Shown here one piece after another: positions 18,924-28,700 of a stretch of 64,000 nucleotides of DNA (position 1 is its first letter; each line of letters starts with the position of its first letter). The notes beneath the pieces are model-generated. The model made no database searches. It was not told the origin of the DNA and saw only the letters and a program-made list of their open reading frames with translations. This stretch comes from an uncultured Candidatus Saccharibacteria bacterium (GTDB taxonomy: Bacteria > Patescibacteriota > Minisyncoccia > Phycocordibacterales > UBA9973): NCBI GenBank assembly GCA_964625065.1, contig CAZUZL010000004.1, positions 11,040 to 75,039 of the forward strand, in the 5' to 3' direction. Position numbers and translations under genes: made by a program.

Positions 18924-19416
18924 AAAAAGATCTTTCTTTGAACGACTAACAGGCGGTATCAGACTAGAAGACGAAACTGAAGCCGAAACAACAACACAAC
19001 CTGAAAAATCAGTTGCTCCACAAAAAACCATGGCCATTCACCCGTCGGGCGAATCTACAAACATAGTTGCAGAAGACGAACCCGAAGAAGGCCAGTTAAC
19101 AGTGGACGTATACGAAACCCCTAACGAAATAATCGTTCAGGCATTTGTTGCTGGTGTTAAACCCGAAGATTTGACCATAACCATAACCCGTAACACAGTT
19201 CTAATACGTGGGCGCCGTGAAGAAAACAAAACCATAATGCACGACGACTATATTTCGCGCGAACTGTACTGGGGTGCGTTTTCTAGAACAATTGAACTAC
19301 CTGTAGAAGTAGAACCCGAAGCCGCAGATGCAATAGAAAAACACGGGCTACTATCTATAAAGGTACCTAAAATAGATAAAAGTAAAAAGGCTAGTTTGAA
19401 AGTTAAATCACTATAA
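18916..19416 (+). CDS. Hsp20/alpha-crystallin small heat shock protein
   Basis: VDVYET, AGVKPEDL, ELYWGAFSRTIELP, GLLSIKVPK. Confidence 0.92.
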   Translation: MLKKRSFFERLTGGIRLEDETEAETTTQPEKSVAPQKTMAIHPSGESTNIVAEDEPEEGQLTVDVYETPNEIIVQAFVAGVKPEDLTITITRNTVLIRGRREENKTIMHDDYISRELYWGAFSRTIELPVEVEPEAADAIEKHGLLSIKVPKIDKSKKASLKVKSL

Positions 19417-19424
19417 AACAAAAC

Positions 19425-19453
19425 AAAAAACCGCAAATGCGGTTTTTTGTTTT
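19425..19453. terminator. Bidirectional terminator between hsp20 and tRNA-Phe
   Basis: aaaaaaccgc-aaat-gcggtttttt. Confidence 0.75.
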
Positions 19454-19488
19454 GTGCTTGAGGGCAAGCTTGTAAGCCGACATATTTG

Positions 19489-19561
19489 TGCCTAGGACCA
19501 GGGTTGAACTGGTGACCCTTCGCTCTTCAGGCGAATGCTCTACCAACTGAGCTACCTAGGC
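19489..19561 (-). tRNA. tRNA-Phe(GAA)
   Basis: GCCTAGG/CCTAGGC acceptor, TTCGC-CTGAAGA-GCGAA anticodon arm. Confidence 0.95.
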
Positions 19562-19652
19562 ATTTAACTTTTTAATTATAGCAAAATACGTCCTTTTTGC
19601 AAGTCGAACAAGATAGTTTATAGCTTAGAGCATCTTGTGCTATATTTTAATT

Positions 19653-20027
19653 ATGAGAATATGTAAACTTTGTAATAATACATTTAAAAGTTACCAAAGT
19701 AGATGTGTGTCTAGATGCGGTTCTTGTAATACAAAGATTAGACGTTTCAGGGTAAAAGACGCTGCAATAAAATACTTAGGAGGTAAATGTACAAAATGCA
19801 ATTGGAGCGGAAATCAAGCAGCATTACAGTTCCACCACAAAGATCCAAAACAAAAAGATTTTACTATTGGAAATGTTGCAAATAAAAGTTTGGATTCGGT
19901 AAAAAAGGAAATAAAAAAAAGCATCTTACTATGCGCAAATTGCCATATGATCGAACACAGCACAAAAGATAGTGATGTATTTATTAAAGAAGCCCTTAAT
20001 TACAAGGGCAAAAGACTTATTTTATAA
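19653..20027 (+). CDS. HNH endonuclease-family protein
   Basis: CxxC pairs, ALQFHHKDP, LLCANCHMIEH; leaderless TGcTATATT-6-ATG. Confidence 0.8.
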   Translation: MRICKLCNNTFKSYQSRCVSRCGSCNTKIRRFRVKDAAIKYLGGKCTKCNWSGNQAALQFHHKDPKQKDFTIGNVANKSLDSVKKEIKKSILLCANCHMIEHSTKDSDVFIKEALNYKGKRLIL

Positions 20028-20034
20028 AATATTT

Positions 20035-20343
20035 TTATTGTCCGTTTACTCCGGTTTGACTTAGAAAGTCTTCAATGTGTTTTGCACCAGAAAGTGTTTT
20101 CATAAAATCTGGAGAAACACTAGTTTCAGAACCATCGCCACCTGTATAGGTGTTTAACAACGTGCCCATAAACGGCTTAATAAAGTAAAATGAACCTAAC
20201 GCCAGCAATATCAAGAAAATCCAATATGCAAACTTAGAATATAAGTTAACTTGGTTTAGTCGATATATCTTTTTTAATAATTGATGGTTTTCAGTTTGCT
20301 GTTTTGAAAGCGCTTCAATCATTGCCTTAGTTTCAACGTCCAT
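20035..20343 (-). CDS. Hypothetical single-pass membrane protein
   Basis: ENHQLLKKI..YWIFLILLALGSFYFIKPF; ATG 6 nt after TATACT. Confidence 0.75.
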   Translation of the reverse strand: MDVETKAMIEALSKQQTENHQLLKKIYRLNQVNLYSKFAYWIFLILLALGSFYFIKPFMGTLLNTYTGGDGSETSVSPDFMKTLSGAKHIEDFLSQTGVNGQ

Positions 20344-20351
20344 TGCAGTAG

Positions 20352-20404
20352 TATACCCCGACACTTATTTTTTTGCAAATTGACAAAATAGGTGTGGGGG
20401 TATA
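20352..20404. mobile_element. Miniature palindromic element flanked by TATA, in the promoter of 20035-20343
   Basis: tata-ccccgacactta...taggtgtggggg-tata; second copy at 31542-31589. Confidence 0.6.
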
Positions 20405-20513
20405 GCAAATATACGTAAAATTTCAACTTTTATGGCACCGGGCAGATATTGCATATTTAGGCATAAAAAAACCCGATATATTTACATATATCGGGCCAAA
20501 AGAATTTTTGATA

Positions 20514-20639
20514 TTAGAACGAGTGACTCGCTCTATAAGAAAAATTCTTCTTACCATGGCATTTGCCATGGAGTTGGTTTTTGTTTGAACAAGAACTCAA
20601 AAGGATCAAAGCGGCAATGATTATAAGAATTGTTTTCAT
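20514..20639 (-). CDS. 41-aa putative lipoprotein
   Basis: MKTILIIIAALILLSSC lipobox-like signal. Confidence 0.55.
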   Translation of the reverse strand: MKTILIIIAALILLSSCSNKNQLHGKCHGKKNFSYRASHSF

Positions 20640-20808
20640 AGGAAGTGTTGGGGGTTTAAAATAGTTGTTTTGTGACTTAAATTTCCGTTTGCAGAAACTA
20701 AAGTCACAAAACAACACCCAAAATCAAATAACCTTATCTGTATAAAGTATAGCATATTGTGTTTGATTTGTCAATACCCATATTCTGTGCTGTAATTAAA
20801 CGATATTG

Positions 20809-20880
20809 TGCCCCTACCCCGAATCGAACGAGGATCTACTCCTTAGGACGGAACTGTTCTATCCATTGAACTATAGGGGC
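20809..20880 (-). tRNA. tRNA-Arg(CCT)
   Basis: GCCCCTA/TAGGGGC acceptor, GTTCC-GTCCTAA-GGAGT anticodon arm, TTCGATT T-loop. Confidence 0.92.
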
Positions 20881-20943
20881 AATTAGACTAAGTAAAAAGG
20901 CTCATAAGAGCCTTTTTACTATACGATATTTATGCCTTAAATA

Positions 20944-21183
20944 CTAGCCAGTAATACCCAACAGTTCACGTATACGAGGTTCGTTAAATCCAACTATAAG
21001 GTCGTTACCTATAGTTATAACTGGTACGCCCATTTGGCCACTTTTAGTAACCATTTCTGTGCGCTTTGCCATATCTACTGAAACATCGTATGTAGAATAC
21101 TGCACATTATGTTCAGCGAAAAACTCCTTGGCTAGGTTACAAAAATGACATGTTGGTGTTGTATATATTGCTACTGGTTTCAT
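20944..21183 (-). CDS. Glutaredoxin/NrdH-like redoxin
   Basis: CHFC active site, SGQMGVPVI, IVGF. Confidence 0.92.
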   Translation of the reverse strand: MKPVAIYTTPTCHFCNLAKEFFAEHNVQYSTYDVSVDMAKRTEMVTKSGQMGVPVITIGNDLIVGFNEPRIRELLGITG

Positions 21184-21280
21184 ATATGATTTGCGGGTTA
21201 TTTATAATACGCCTATTATAACACCGTTTTAGAAAAATGAAAAAGGCCAATAATATGGGTATAATATTGGCCGGTTTTTA

Positions 21281-21535
21281 CTAAAAAATAATGTAATTAG
21301 ATCTATTTTGTTCTGTGTACACTGATAGAACAAGTATGCAGTAGCCAGTAAACGTAGTGATGCAAAAAAAGCACGCCATGATGTTTACAATAGAATCAAT
21401 TTCTACTTTAGTTACTGTAAGAACAGTACCTAACAGCGCAACAAACACATTGTGGGTTAGCACACCACCAAGTACAACAGCAAACAACAAAGAAGATGTT
21501 GCACAAATGCAAATAAATACTTTAGATATTTTCAT
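21281..21535 (-). CDS. Hypothetical membrane protein
   Basis: Hydrophobic 84-aa ORF; no family recognised. Confidence 0.45.
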   Translation of the reverse strand: MKISKVFICICATSSLLFAVVLGGVLTHNVFVALLGTVLTVTKVEIDSIVNIMACFFCITTFTGYCILVLSVYTEQNRSNYIIF

Positions 21536-21603
21536 TTTGATATATAATTTATGTTTGCATACATTATTACACAACCCGCAAACACAAGTCAAATCTCAAA
21601 ATA

Positions 21604-21987
21604 CTATTTTTTACTTCTGAAAATGTTTTTAAGTTTATCTATAAAAGACAGGTCTGGGGCTGTTTCTACAGGCAAACTGTTTTCTGTATCGGTTATTAGT
21701 ATTACTTGTTCGCCAGGCTTGGCTACTGGGTACTGGCTACGTAGGTAGTTTTCTATACCCTGCTCGGTTTTCAAAGACTCTACTTTTGCCATCATAGCCG
21801 CTTCGTCGGCCTTAGATTTTAACACCGCCTGTTCAGCTGTGTCGCGTTTTGTTTTTACTTGGTGGTATTTACCATATACGTTGTACAAAGAAAGCGAAAG
21901 TAGCACCAAAAGTACCAACAATATAAAAAGTACTGGTTTAGTGTAGAAATAGTCTGAAGCCTTTTTGTGCATTTGAAAACCGCTCAT
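21604..21987 (-). CDS. Septum formation initiator (FtsB/DivIC family)
   Basis: TM plus coiled coil plus GIENYLRSQYPVAKPGEQVI. Confidence 0.8.
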   Translation of the reverse strand: MSGFQMHKKASDYFYTKPVLFILLVLLVLLSLSLYNVYGKYHQVKTKRDTAEQAVLKSKADEAAMMAKVESLKTEQGIENYLRSQYPVAKPGEQVILITDTENSLPVETAPDLSFIDKLKNIFRSKK

Positions 21988-22007
21988 AATAGTGCTAGTA
22001 TAACAGT

Positions 22008-22124
22008 ATGCTTTTCAACACACAACATAAGAAGAAGTTCCAACGAATATTTGCCGTTTTTTGTGCATTGATCATTATCTCAATGTTAACACTTCTAATC
22101 GGCCCCCTATTCCGCGGATATTAA
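22008..22124 (+). CDS. 38-aa small membrane protein (not in ORF track)
   Basis: MLFNTQHKKKFQRIFAVFCALIIISMLTLLIGPLFRGY; TGcTAGTAT-6-ATG upstream and long hairpin terminator at 22132-22175. Confidence 0.7.
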   Translation: MLFNTQHKKKFQRIFAVFCALIIISMLTLLIGPLFRGY

Positions 22125-22275
22125 TATTAAGCAAAAAAGTCGGAAAAATGTTTTAAACATTTTTCCGACTTTTTTATTTGTTTTAGATTTTATGTGTAAA
22201 TCTAAATGCACTAGGCAAGACCTAGTGCATTTTGAATTTTTCTGTCACCTGTAACCTGCCCACTATAACCTGCTT

Positions 22276-24087
22276 TTAGTCCTTCATCATTTTTACAAAG
22301 ACGTCTTGGTCTATGTGTACCCGGCCTTCGGCCTTCATACGTTTCTTACCTTTTTTCTGCTTTTCCCATAGCTTCATACGGCGTGTAATGTCGCCCCCGT
22401 ACATGTGCTGTGTTACATCCTTTTTAAAGGCAGACATGCCCTTAGAAGCCAATATACGGCCCAAGGCAACGCCCTGGATCTTAAATGCGAACTGTTCGCG
22501 GGACAGCAGTTGTTCCAGCTTTTCTACGGCTTTTTCAGCTTCGCCCTGAACACGGCGTTTAGCAATAACACGGGAAAAAGCAGGTACAACTTCGTCGGCA
22601 ATTACAATGTCTAAACGGGTTACGTCAGCTTCGCGCATGTCGGCCATTTCGTATGATATAGATGCATAGCCAGAAGAAACACTTTTTAGTTCATCAAAAA
22701 AGTTACGCATCATTTCGCGTAGTGGCATAGTAAGTCCGATACGAGAACGACTGTCGCCAAAGTTTATAACTTCGTGCACTTCGGCTTCATGGTCGTACAG
22801 CATTGGCATTAGTGGACTAACATATGTAGTCGGTGTAATTATAGTTGCATTTACCCATGGTTCCATAACCTTGGCAACCTGGCCGTCGTTTGGAAACATT
22901 ATAGGAGTGTAAACAGTTTCCTCCTTAGCAGGTACACCGGGACTAGCTTTATATGTAATAACATATGTAATAGAAGGTGTAGTTACAATTAGTTCCAAAC
23001 TAAATTCACGTCGTAAACGTTCAGTAATAATTTCAAGGTGTAACATACCTAAGAAACCACAACGAAAACCACGGCCTAATATACCTGAGGTTTCTTCTTC
23101 ATGACTAAATGACGAATCAGACAAACGTAAACGGTCTAATGCTTTTTTAAGTTCTGGAAAGTCATCTTGCGACTCTGGGTAAACAGATGCCCATACAACA
23201 GGACTGGGTTTAAAATACCCCGGAATAAGTTCCATTGGTTTTCTGGTAAATGTAATAGTGTCACCTACTGACGCTATACCTGGTTTTTTAATACCAGTTA
23301 CCATGTAACCGATTTCACCCATTGCTAGTTCAGGTAGTGCTTTTTCTGTTGGCACAAATGTACCAACTTCTAGTGGACTAAACTGTTCGCCTGACACACC
23401 GAAAACAAGGTTGTCGCCTTTTTTAAAACTACCATCGATAACACGCACATAAACTATAACCCCACGGTGGTTTGAATATTGGAAATCAAACACAAGTGCA
23501 CGACCAGTGTCGGAAGCAACAACACCAGCTGGTGGTGGTACTATGTCTATTATTTTCTGTAGTAGTTCAGGTACGCCCTGTCCAGTACGGCCAGATACTA
23601 ACAGTATTGTAGCTGGATCAATGTCTAACAATGTGGCAACTTCTGCACGTACATCGTCTACGCGGGCTAATGGTGAATCTACTTTAGACAAAACTGGTAT
23701 TATAGTTAGCCCAGATTCGCGTGCCATACCTAGTGTGGTTAGTGTTTGTGCTTGCACACCTTGGGTTGCGTCTACCAGCAATATAGAGCCTTCTACAGCC
23801 TTTAGTGCGCGAGATACTTCATATGAAAAGTCGATATGCCCCGGAGTGTCGATAAGGTTCATTTCATAAGTAGGGCCACCTGCAACTGGTGTGTGTTCCA
23901 TACGCACAGGCTGCATTTTAATAGTTATGCCACGTTCGCGCTCTAGTTCCATTTGGTCCAGAACCTGGTCGCGCATGTCGCGGGCCTGTATAGTGCCGGT
24001 AACTTCTAGCATGCGGTCGGCAAGTGTCGACTTGCCGTGGTCTATATGGGCAATTATTGAAAAGTTTCGAATTCGACTTACATCCAT
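22276..24087 (-). CDS. lepA: Elongation factor 4 (LepA)
   Basis: IRNFSIIAHIDHGKSTLADR, ERERGITIK, GFRCGFLGMLH, YGGDITRR. Confidence 0.98.
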   Translation of the reverse strand: MDVSRIRNFSIIAHIDHGKSTLADRMLEVTGTIQARDMRDQVLDQMELERERGITIKMQPVRMEHTPVAGGPTYEMNLIDTPGHIDFSYEVSRALKAVEGSILLVDATQGVQAQTLTTLGMARESGLTIIPVLSKVDSPLARVDDVRAEVATLLDIDPATILLVSGRTGQGVPELLQKIIDIVPPPAGVVASDTGRALVFDFQYSNHRGVIVYVRVIDGSFKKGDNLVFGVSGEQFSPLEVGTFVPTEKALPELAMGEIGYMVTGIKKPGIASVGDTITFTRKPMELIPGYFKPSPVVWASVYPESQDDFPELKKALDRLRLSDSSFSHEEETSGILGRGFRCGFLGMLHLEIITERLRREFSLELIVTTPSITYVITYKASPGVPAKEETVYTPIMFPNDGQVAKVMEPWVNATIITPTTYVSPLMPMLYDHEAEVHEVINFGDSRSRIGLTMPLREMMRNFFDELKSVSSGYASISYEMADMREADVTRLDIVIADEVVPAFSRVIAKRRVQGEAEKAVEKLEQLLSREQFAFKIQGVALGRILASKGMSAFKKDVTQHMYGGDITRRMKLWEKQKKGKKRMKAEGRVHIDQDVFVKMMKD

Positions 24088-24196
24088 AGGGGCTATAGTA
24101 GCAAAATAAACAACATTTTGCTACTATTCCGATTGTTTTTTAAATTAAAAAAGCGTCATCGAAATATCGATAACGCTTTAAATTTTAGCAGAAATT

Positions 24197-24583
24197 TTAG
24201 GAATGAATGTTAATATCTTTGATTTCACCACCTTCTTGAGTAGTTATTTTAATATTACTATTTTCATCAATAATAATCGAAAACCAACTAGTGCCTTGAG
24301 ACCTTACTGCATCAAAATACAGGCAAGAATTTGATATTGTAATTGAAACCTTAAAATAATCGACAGTCACTTCTTTCGATGAAAAAATGCCAGTTTTTAC
24401 CCGAAGAAAATCCATATCGTATTCAGCTACAGTGGACACAATAATTGCTGAAACGTCTTTCACAGATTCATCCATGCCTTTAGGATGAAGCTTAAAACTA
24501 ATTATCTTACCGACAAGCTTTGAAAAAGAGTCGGATTCGTTTAAATTAAGTAAGCTTTTTGCTTTTATTTCTAATGCGCTCAT
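24197..24583 (-). CDS. Hypothetical protein
   Basis: 128-aa ORF with own TTGACT/TATAAT promoter (~24620-24647) and terminator (24148-24180). Confidence 0.6.
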   Translation of the reverse strand: MSALEIKAKSLLNLNESDSFSKLVGKIISFKLHPKGMDESVKDVSAIIVSTVAEYDMDFLRVKTGIFSSKEVTVDYFKVSITISNSCLYFDAVRSQGTSWFSIIIDENSNIKITTQEGGEIKDINIHS

Positions 24584-24692
24584 GATTGTTTATAATTAAG
24601 GAATGTTTAACTTTTTTTATTATACACTTTTATATATAAATAGTCAATATTAAAAATATCCTGAATTATTTTAATCAAATTATTATTATATT

Positions 24693-26348
24693 TTAATTAA
24701 CACTACGTGAAGTGAATTTAATTTTATGGAATATAGGCATTATGTGTTTATTTTTAGCAAACACCAACACTGTTGCCCATAGTGCCCCGCCGACTAGACC
24801 CACAGTTAGTACGCGTGCAAGTTCTGTTTTAGCAGATATTACAGACGGCACTAAACTATAAGACACATGCAAACCGCCATATAACACTATACCTAACAAT
24901 ACACCAGCACCAATAACGTCGGCACCGTGGCTAATAATAGACCGCGCTGTGTAACGTGGAAAATGTTTTTTAATAGATATATACATTAGACCTATGTTTA
25001 TGTATTCGCCCAGTGTATACGCTAACGGTAGTACTATCATGTTTGCATGTGGCAAACCACTAATGCCAAACAAATTTGTCAGAGCGTTTACAGCACCAGG
25101 CATGTATAGTGTGGCTTCGTAGCCAACATAAATTAATGCAACCAATGCAACAGCTGAAATACTATTTACTATTAGTGGTTGTTTAGTATTGCCCACCGCA
25201 TAGTACATACGCACCAACACGTACAGTATGCCCTGTGTAGCTAACGACAAAACAAATATACCCAACGCTGCGCCGGTAACCTGCGCATGCGCATATGTAA
25301 ATTTATACGAACCTAACAATATGTAAACTATCTGTGTTCGAAAAATAAAGAAAACAACAGACGCAGGTAAAGACCAGAAGAATATTTTTTCAGTTACACT
25401 GTGCGCTGTATTATAAAAATTGTCATGTGCATTTTCAGCATGCGACTTTGCTAAGTGTGGGAAAGAAGCAACAGCAAAAGACAAACCTATCATAGAAACT
25501 GGTACCATTTGTACTGTTAATGCAAATGTAAACAAAGACACGGCACCGACGCCAAATTTTGATGCAAATGCAACTATCCATATCAACACCAAACTATTAA
25601 GCGACAACGCAATGGTGCGTGGTATAGCCTGCATAAATACAGTTTTAATTGTGGCCCACGAATACCGTTGGAAACTTGGAAATAGCCGGTGTTTTTTAAC
25701 TGCTGGTATTTGTAGCAACATATGCCCCGCCGCACCTAAAACTACACCCCATGCCAACCCCCACAAACCAAACTGTGGAAACAGTACTGTTATGCCTATA
25801 ACAATGCCCAGGTTATACACCAGTGGTGCACATGACCACAATGCATACTGTTTATAATACTGCGTAACAATACCAAATATATTTGAAAAACCTAAAAATA
25901 CCGGTGACAGCAACATTATACGGCTTATAGAAATAAGTGTTTTTGTATCTGCCACAGAATACGCAGGGGCAATTATTTTTGCTATGTATGGCATTGCAAA
26001 AAATACTATTACAGAAATAATTGCAATTAGTAATGCAAAGAAAGACGCCATGTCTGACAAAAACTTTTTTGCATTTACCCTTTCAGAATCGTCTTTCAAG
26101 TGGTTAGCTAAAAACGGCAACAATATAGTTACAGACACTAACGTAGCAATACTGTTAAATAAAAAGTCAGGTATACGAAACGCTGTGTAGTATATATCCA
26201 GTAGTTGTGTCGGACCCAGGACATGTGCCAGTGCCCTGTCGCGCACAAAACCCAACAACTGTGTTAATAGTCCCAATGCACTAATAATAAGCGCGGCCTG
26301 ACCAACGTCTGTAAAACCTTTATTTATAAAGTAAGTTATTCGCTTCAC
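24693..26348 (-). CDS. murJ: Lipid II flippase MurJ
   Basis: LLGFVRD, AFRIPD, PLVYNLG, many TM segments. Confidence 0.9.
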   Translation of the reverse strand: MKRITYFINKGFTDVGQAALIISALGLLTQLLGFVRDRALAHVLGPTQLLDIYYTAFRIPDFLFNSIATLVSVTILLPFLANHLKDDSERVNAKKFLSDMASFFALLIAIISVIVFFAMPYIAKIIAPAYSVADTKTLISISRIMLLSPVFLGFSNIFGIVTQYYKQYALWSCAPLVYNLGIVIGITVLFPQFGLWGLAWGVVLGAAGHMLLQIPAVKKHRLFPSFQRYSWATIKTVFMQAIPRTIALSLNSLVLIWIVAFASKFGVGAVSLFTFALTVQMVPVSMIGLSFAVASFPHLAKSHAENAHDNFYNTAHSVTEKIFFWSLPASVVFFIFRTQIVYILLGSYKFTYAHAQVTGAALGIFVLSLATQGILYVLVRMYYAVGNTKQPLIVNSISAVALVALIYVGYEATLYMPGAVNALTNLFGISGLPHANMIVLPLAYTLGEYINIGLMYISIKKHFPRYTARSIISHGADVIGAGVLLGIVLYGGLHVSYSLVPSVISAKTELARVLTVGLVGGALWATVLVFAKNKHIMPIFHKIKFTSRSVN

Positions 26349-26354
26349 GGAAAT

Positions 26355-28679
26355 TTATTGTTTAGTATTTGTTTTTTTATTTTTATCTGTTTGTTGTATG
26401 TTTGGCACTGGTAAATTTAGTTGGTCTATTTTTTCTTTTAGGTTTTTGTAGTCTACATTTTCTGGACTAAGTCGTAGTAGTGCGTCTACCAGTGTTGTGG
26501 CTTCTTCTATAGAACCGTTTTTAACATCTGCCTGCGCCAACATATAACCTATACTTTGGTTTGGTGTTAACGAAAATGCCATTCTAAAGTCGTTTACTGA
26601 ATCAACATTGTTACCCATTTGGCTTAGTAGTATACCCCTAGAAACGTATAGGTCGGCCATGTTCGGGTTGTATTTTATGGCAACACTTAGGTTGTTTACG
26701 GCACCGGCAAAGTCTTTTGCATTGTATGCAATCTGCGCCTTAAGTTGGTACGCGGCTACATAGTCAGGTTTTAGTTCCAAAGATTTGTTTATAAAACTAG
26801 TAGCATTTTCTATGTTTTTATTAGCTAGTTCTAAACGTGCCTTTGCCAACGGTACAGCTGGCGACTGTGGTACATAGTACCCGACTTTGTCGTATGCAGC
26901 AACACCGTTTGTATATGGGTCGCCGGCTATCTGTAGTGTGGTTGCTATTTCAAAAAACTGCCCAAGGTTTAACCAGTTACTGTAGTTAGCTGGGTCTATA
27001 GTAGTAGCCACAACACTAGAATTTTGTATTGCAGTAACCAGGTTCTGAGCTTCAGTTTCTGCGTTTTTTGTATTGCCACTTAACAATGTGTTCAGTTGGT
27101 TTGTATAAATTGTAGACAAAGTTCTATAGTACATGTCGTTTTTATTTTCAAGCTTTATAGCTTTTTGTATATATACTAACGCAGATTCAGCTGTGTTTGT
27201 TTGTGAAGCTTTTGTAAAATATATTACAGAACTAATTTTTGTAATAGAAAAATACAAACCAACAATAGAACCCACCATAACACATACCAGTACTAGTATG
27301 GTAAAAAAACTATTTCTAGGGTCTTTCAGGTATGTGTTTTTATAAACAGATATTATGTTTTTAGATGCTAACAGACCTACAAACATAGCTGTTGTTATAA
27401 ACGTCAGAACAAATACAGTTACATTTGTGCCTATACAGAAATGTACAATCCATAGAAAAGCTGAAACAAAAAATGTAGTTACCAGTGGTGCGTCAAATTT
27501 TTCAGTTTTAAACTGTGCCAACAATACACGCACACCTGTAACAAAATATATAAACAAGAAAAACAACCATGCCACAAAACCTACAGCACCTGTTGTTACC
27601 AAAGATGTAAACACAGACCCGTAACCGTTTGTAAAACCTGTGTCCCAGTACTGGGTGTTGTTTATTTCTAGTGGTTTAAACTGCATCCATGTTTCTGCAA
27701 AACGCCCTGGCCCGTAGCCTACTAGTGTACGTAATGTGTTTGAACTAGTTTGTTTTTTATATATACCTAATGTTGCTTTTACAGAAGGCTGTGCATAGTT
27801 ACTTACAAAGCCAACTTTAGAACTTATAAATGTGCCAACAAAACTGTTGCCTAATGTAAACAAAATACAAACAACAATAATTATAAATGTTGTAATGGGT
27901 ATTGTTTTGCTTATTGGAGTGTTAGTTTGGTTTGGTTTGTGTAGCAGTGCAACACTATAAACGAAAAACAACAGTGCCACCACACCAGTTATAACCCATA
28001 TCGAAACTATGTTTACTAGGGCCATTACCAACAAACCCATGGCAATAACAACCCAGTAAAAAACTTTATTTAAAACACCTTTTGTAGAAAACACACTGTA
28101 GCACATAGCCAACAGTACAACTGTAGCTGAAACTACACCGTAGTCTGTCCACGAACCAACCATGGTGTTGTTTATTATGCCTTTTATAAAAGACATATTG
28201 TATACCGAGTTTTTTGTAAGGTATGTAAATAAAACCAAAACAAAAGAAGCAATAAAAGATATAAATATAGTTCTGATTATACGTTTATGGTTACGTTCTG
28301 TGCCGGTATATTGTATACCTAAGAAATAAACTAAAACTAAAGACAAAACCGAGGCTACACTGCCTACTTCAAAAGACAAACCAAACATTGATTTATAAAA
28401 AGCGGGCGAAAAAAACGCCGACAAAGTTGTGGTTAACAAAACCAACATTAGACCCAGGTTTATGCGGGTTTTTGGGTATGAAACTTCGCCGTCTACAAAA
28501 CGTGCAACGGCATATGCCAATATAGATATAGTTAACCCTATAACCAACAGTGCACCTTTTATAGAACCCAAGTTAATTGAAAAATACGGTATAAATAAAA
28601 ACGGTAGCAGTATTATGGTTGCAAAAAAAGCAAACCTTGAAATTGCGTTCATGCGCAATAGCAGTTTAGGTGGATTCAT
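26355..28679 (-). CDS. Polytopic membrane protein (O-antigen ligase-like) with C-terminal TPR repeats
   Basis: ~12 TM segments, GYGPGRF loop, TPR-like helices (ELKPDYVAAY, YNPNMADLY). Confidence 0.75.
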   Translation of the reverse strand: MNPPKLLLRMNAISRFAFFATIILLPFLFIPYFSINLGSIKGALLVIGLTISILAYAVARFVDGEVSYPKTRINLGLMLVLLTTTLSAFFSPAFYKSMFGLSFEVGSVASVLSLVLVYFLGIQYTGTERNHKRIIRTIFISFIASFVLVLFTYLTKNSVYNMSFIKGIINNTMVGSWTDYGVVSATVVLLAMCYSVFSTKGVLNKVFYWVVIAMGLLVMALVNIVSIWVITGVVALLFFVYSVALLHKPNQTNTPISKTIPITTFIIIVVCILFTLGNSFVGTFISSKVGFVSNYAQPSVKATLGIYKKQTSSNTLRTLVGYGPGRFAETWMQFKPLEINNTQYWDTGFTNGYGSVFTSLVTTGAVGFVAWLFFLFIYFVTGVRVLLAQFKTEKFDAPLVTTFFVSAFLWIVHFCIGTNVTVFVLTFITTAMFVGLLASKNIISVYKNTYLKDPRNSFFTILVLVCVMVGSIVGLYFSITKISSVIYFTKASQTNTAESALVYIQKAIKLENKNDMYYRTLSTIYTNQLNTLLSGNTKNAETEAQNLVTAIQNSSVVATTIDPANYSNWLNLGQFFEIATTLQIAGDPYTNGVAAYDKVGYYVPQSPAVPLAKARLELANKNIENATSFINKSLELKPDYVAAYQLKAQIAYNAKDFAGAVNNLSVAIKYNPNMADLYVSRGILLSQMGNNVDSVNDFRMAFSLTPNQSIGYMLAQADVKNGSIEEATTLVDALLRLSPENVDYKNLKEKIDQLNLPVPNIQQTDKNKKTNTKQ

Positions 28680-28700
28680 ATATGCAATTATACCACAGCA

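Noticed and set aside
19608-19637. caagatagtttatagcttagagcatcttg as a tRNA 5' half before the HNH gene (split tRNA or intron)
   Set aside because: Weak resemblance only, and no matching 3' half found after the HNH gene
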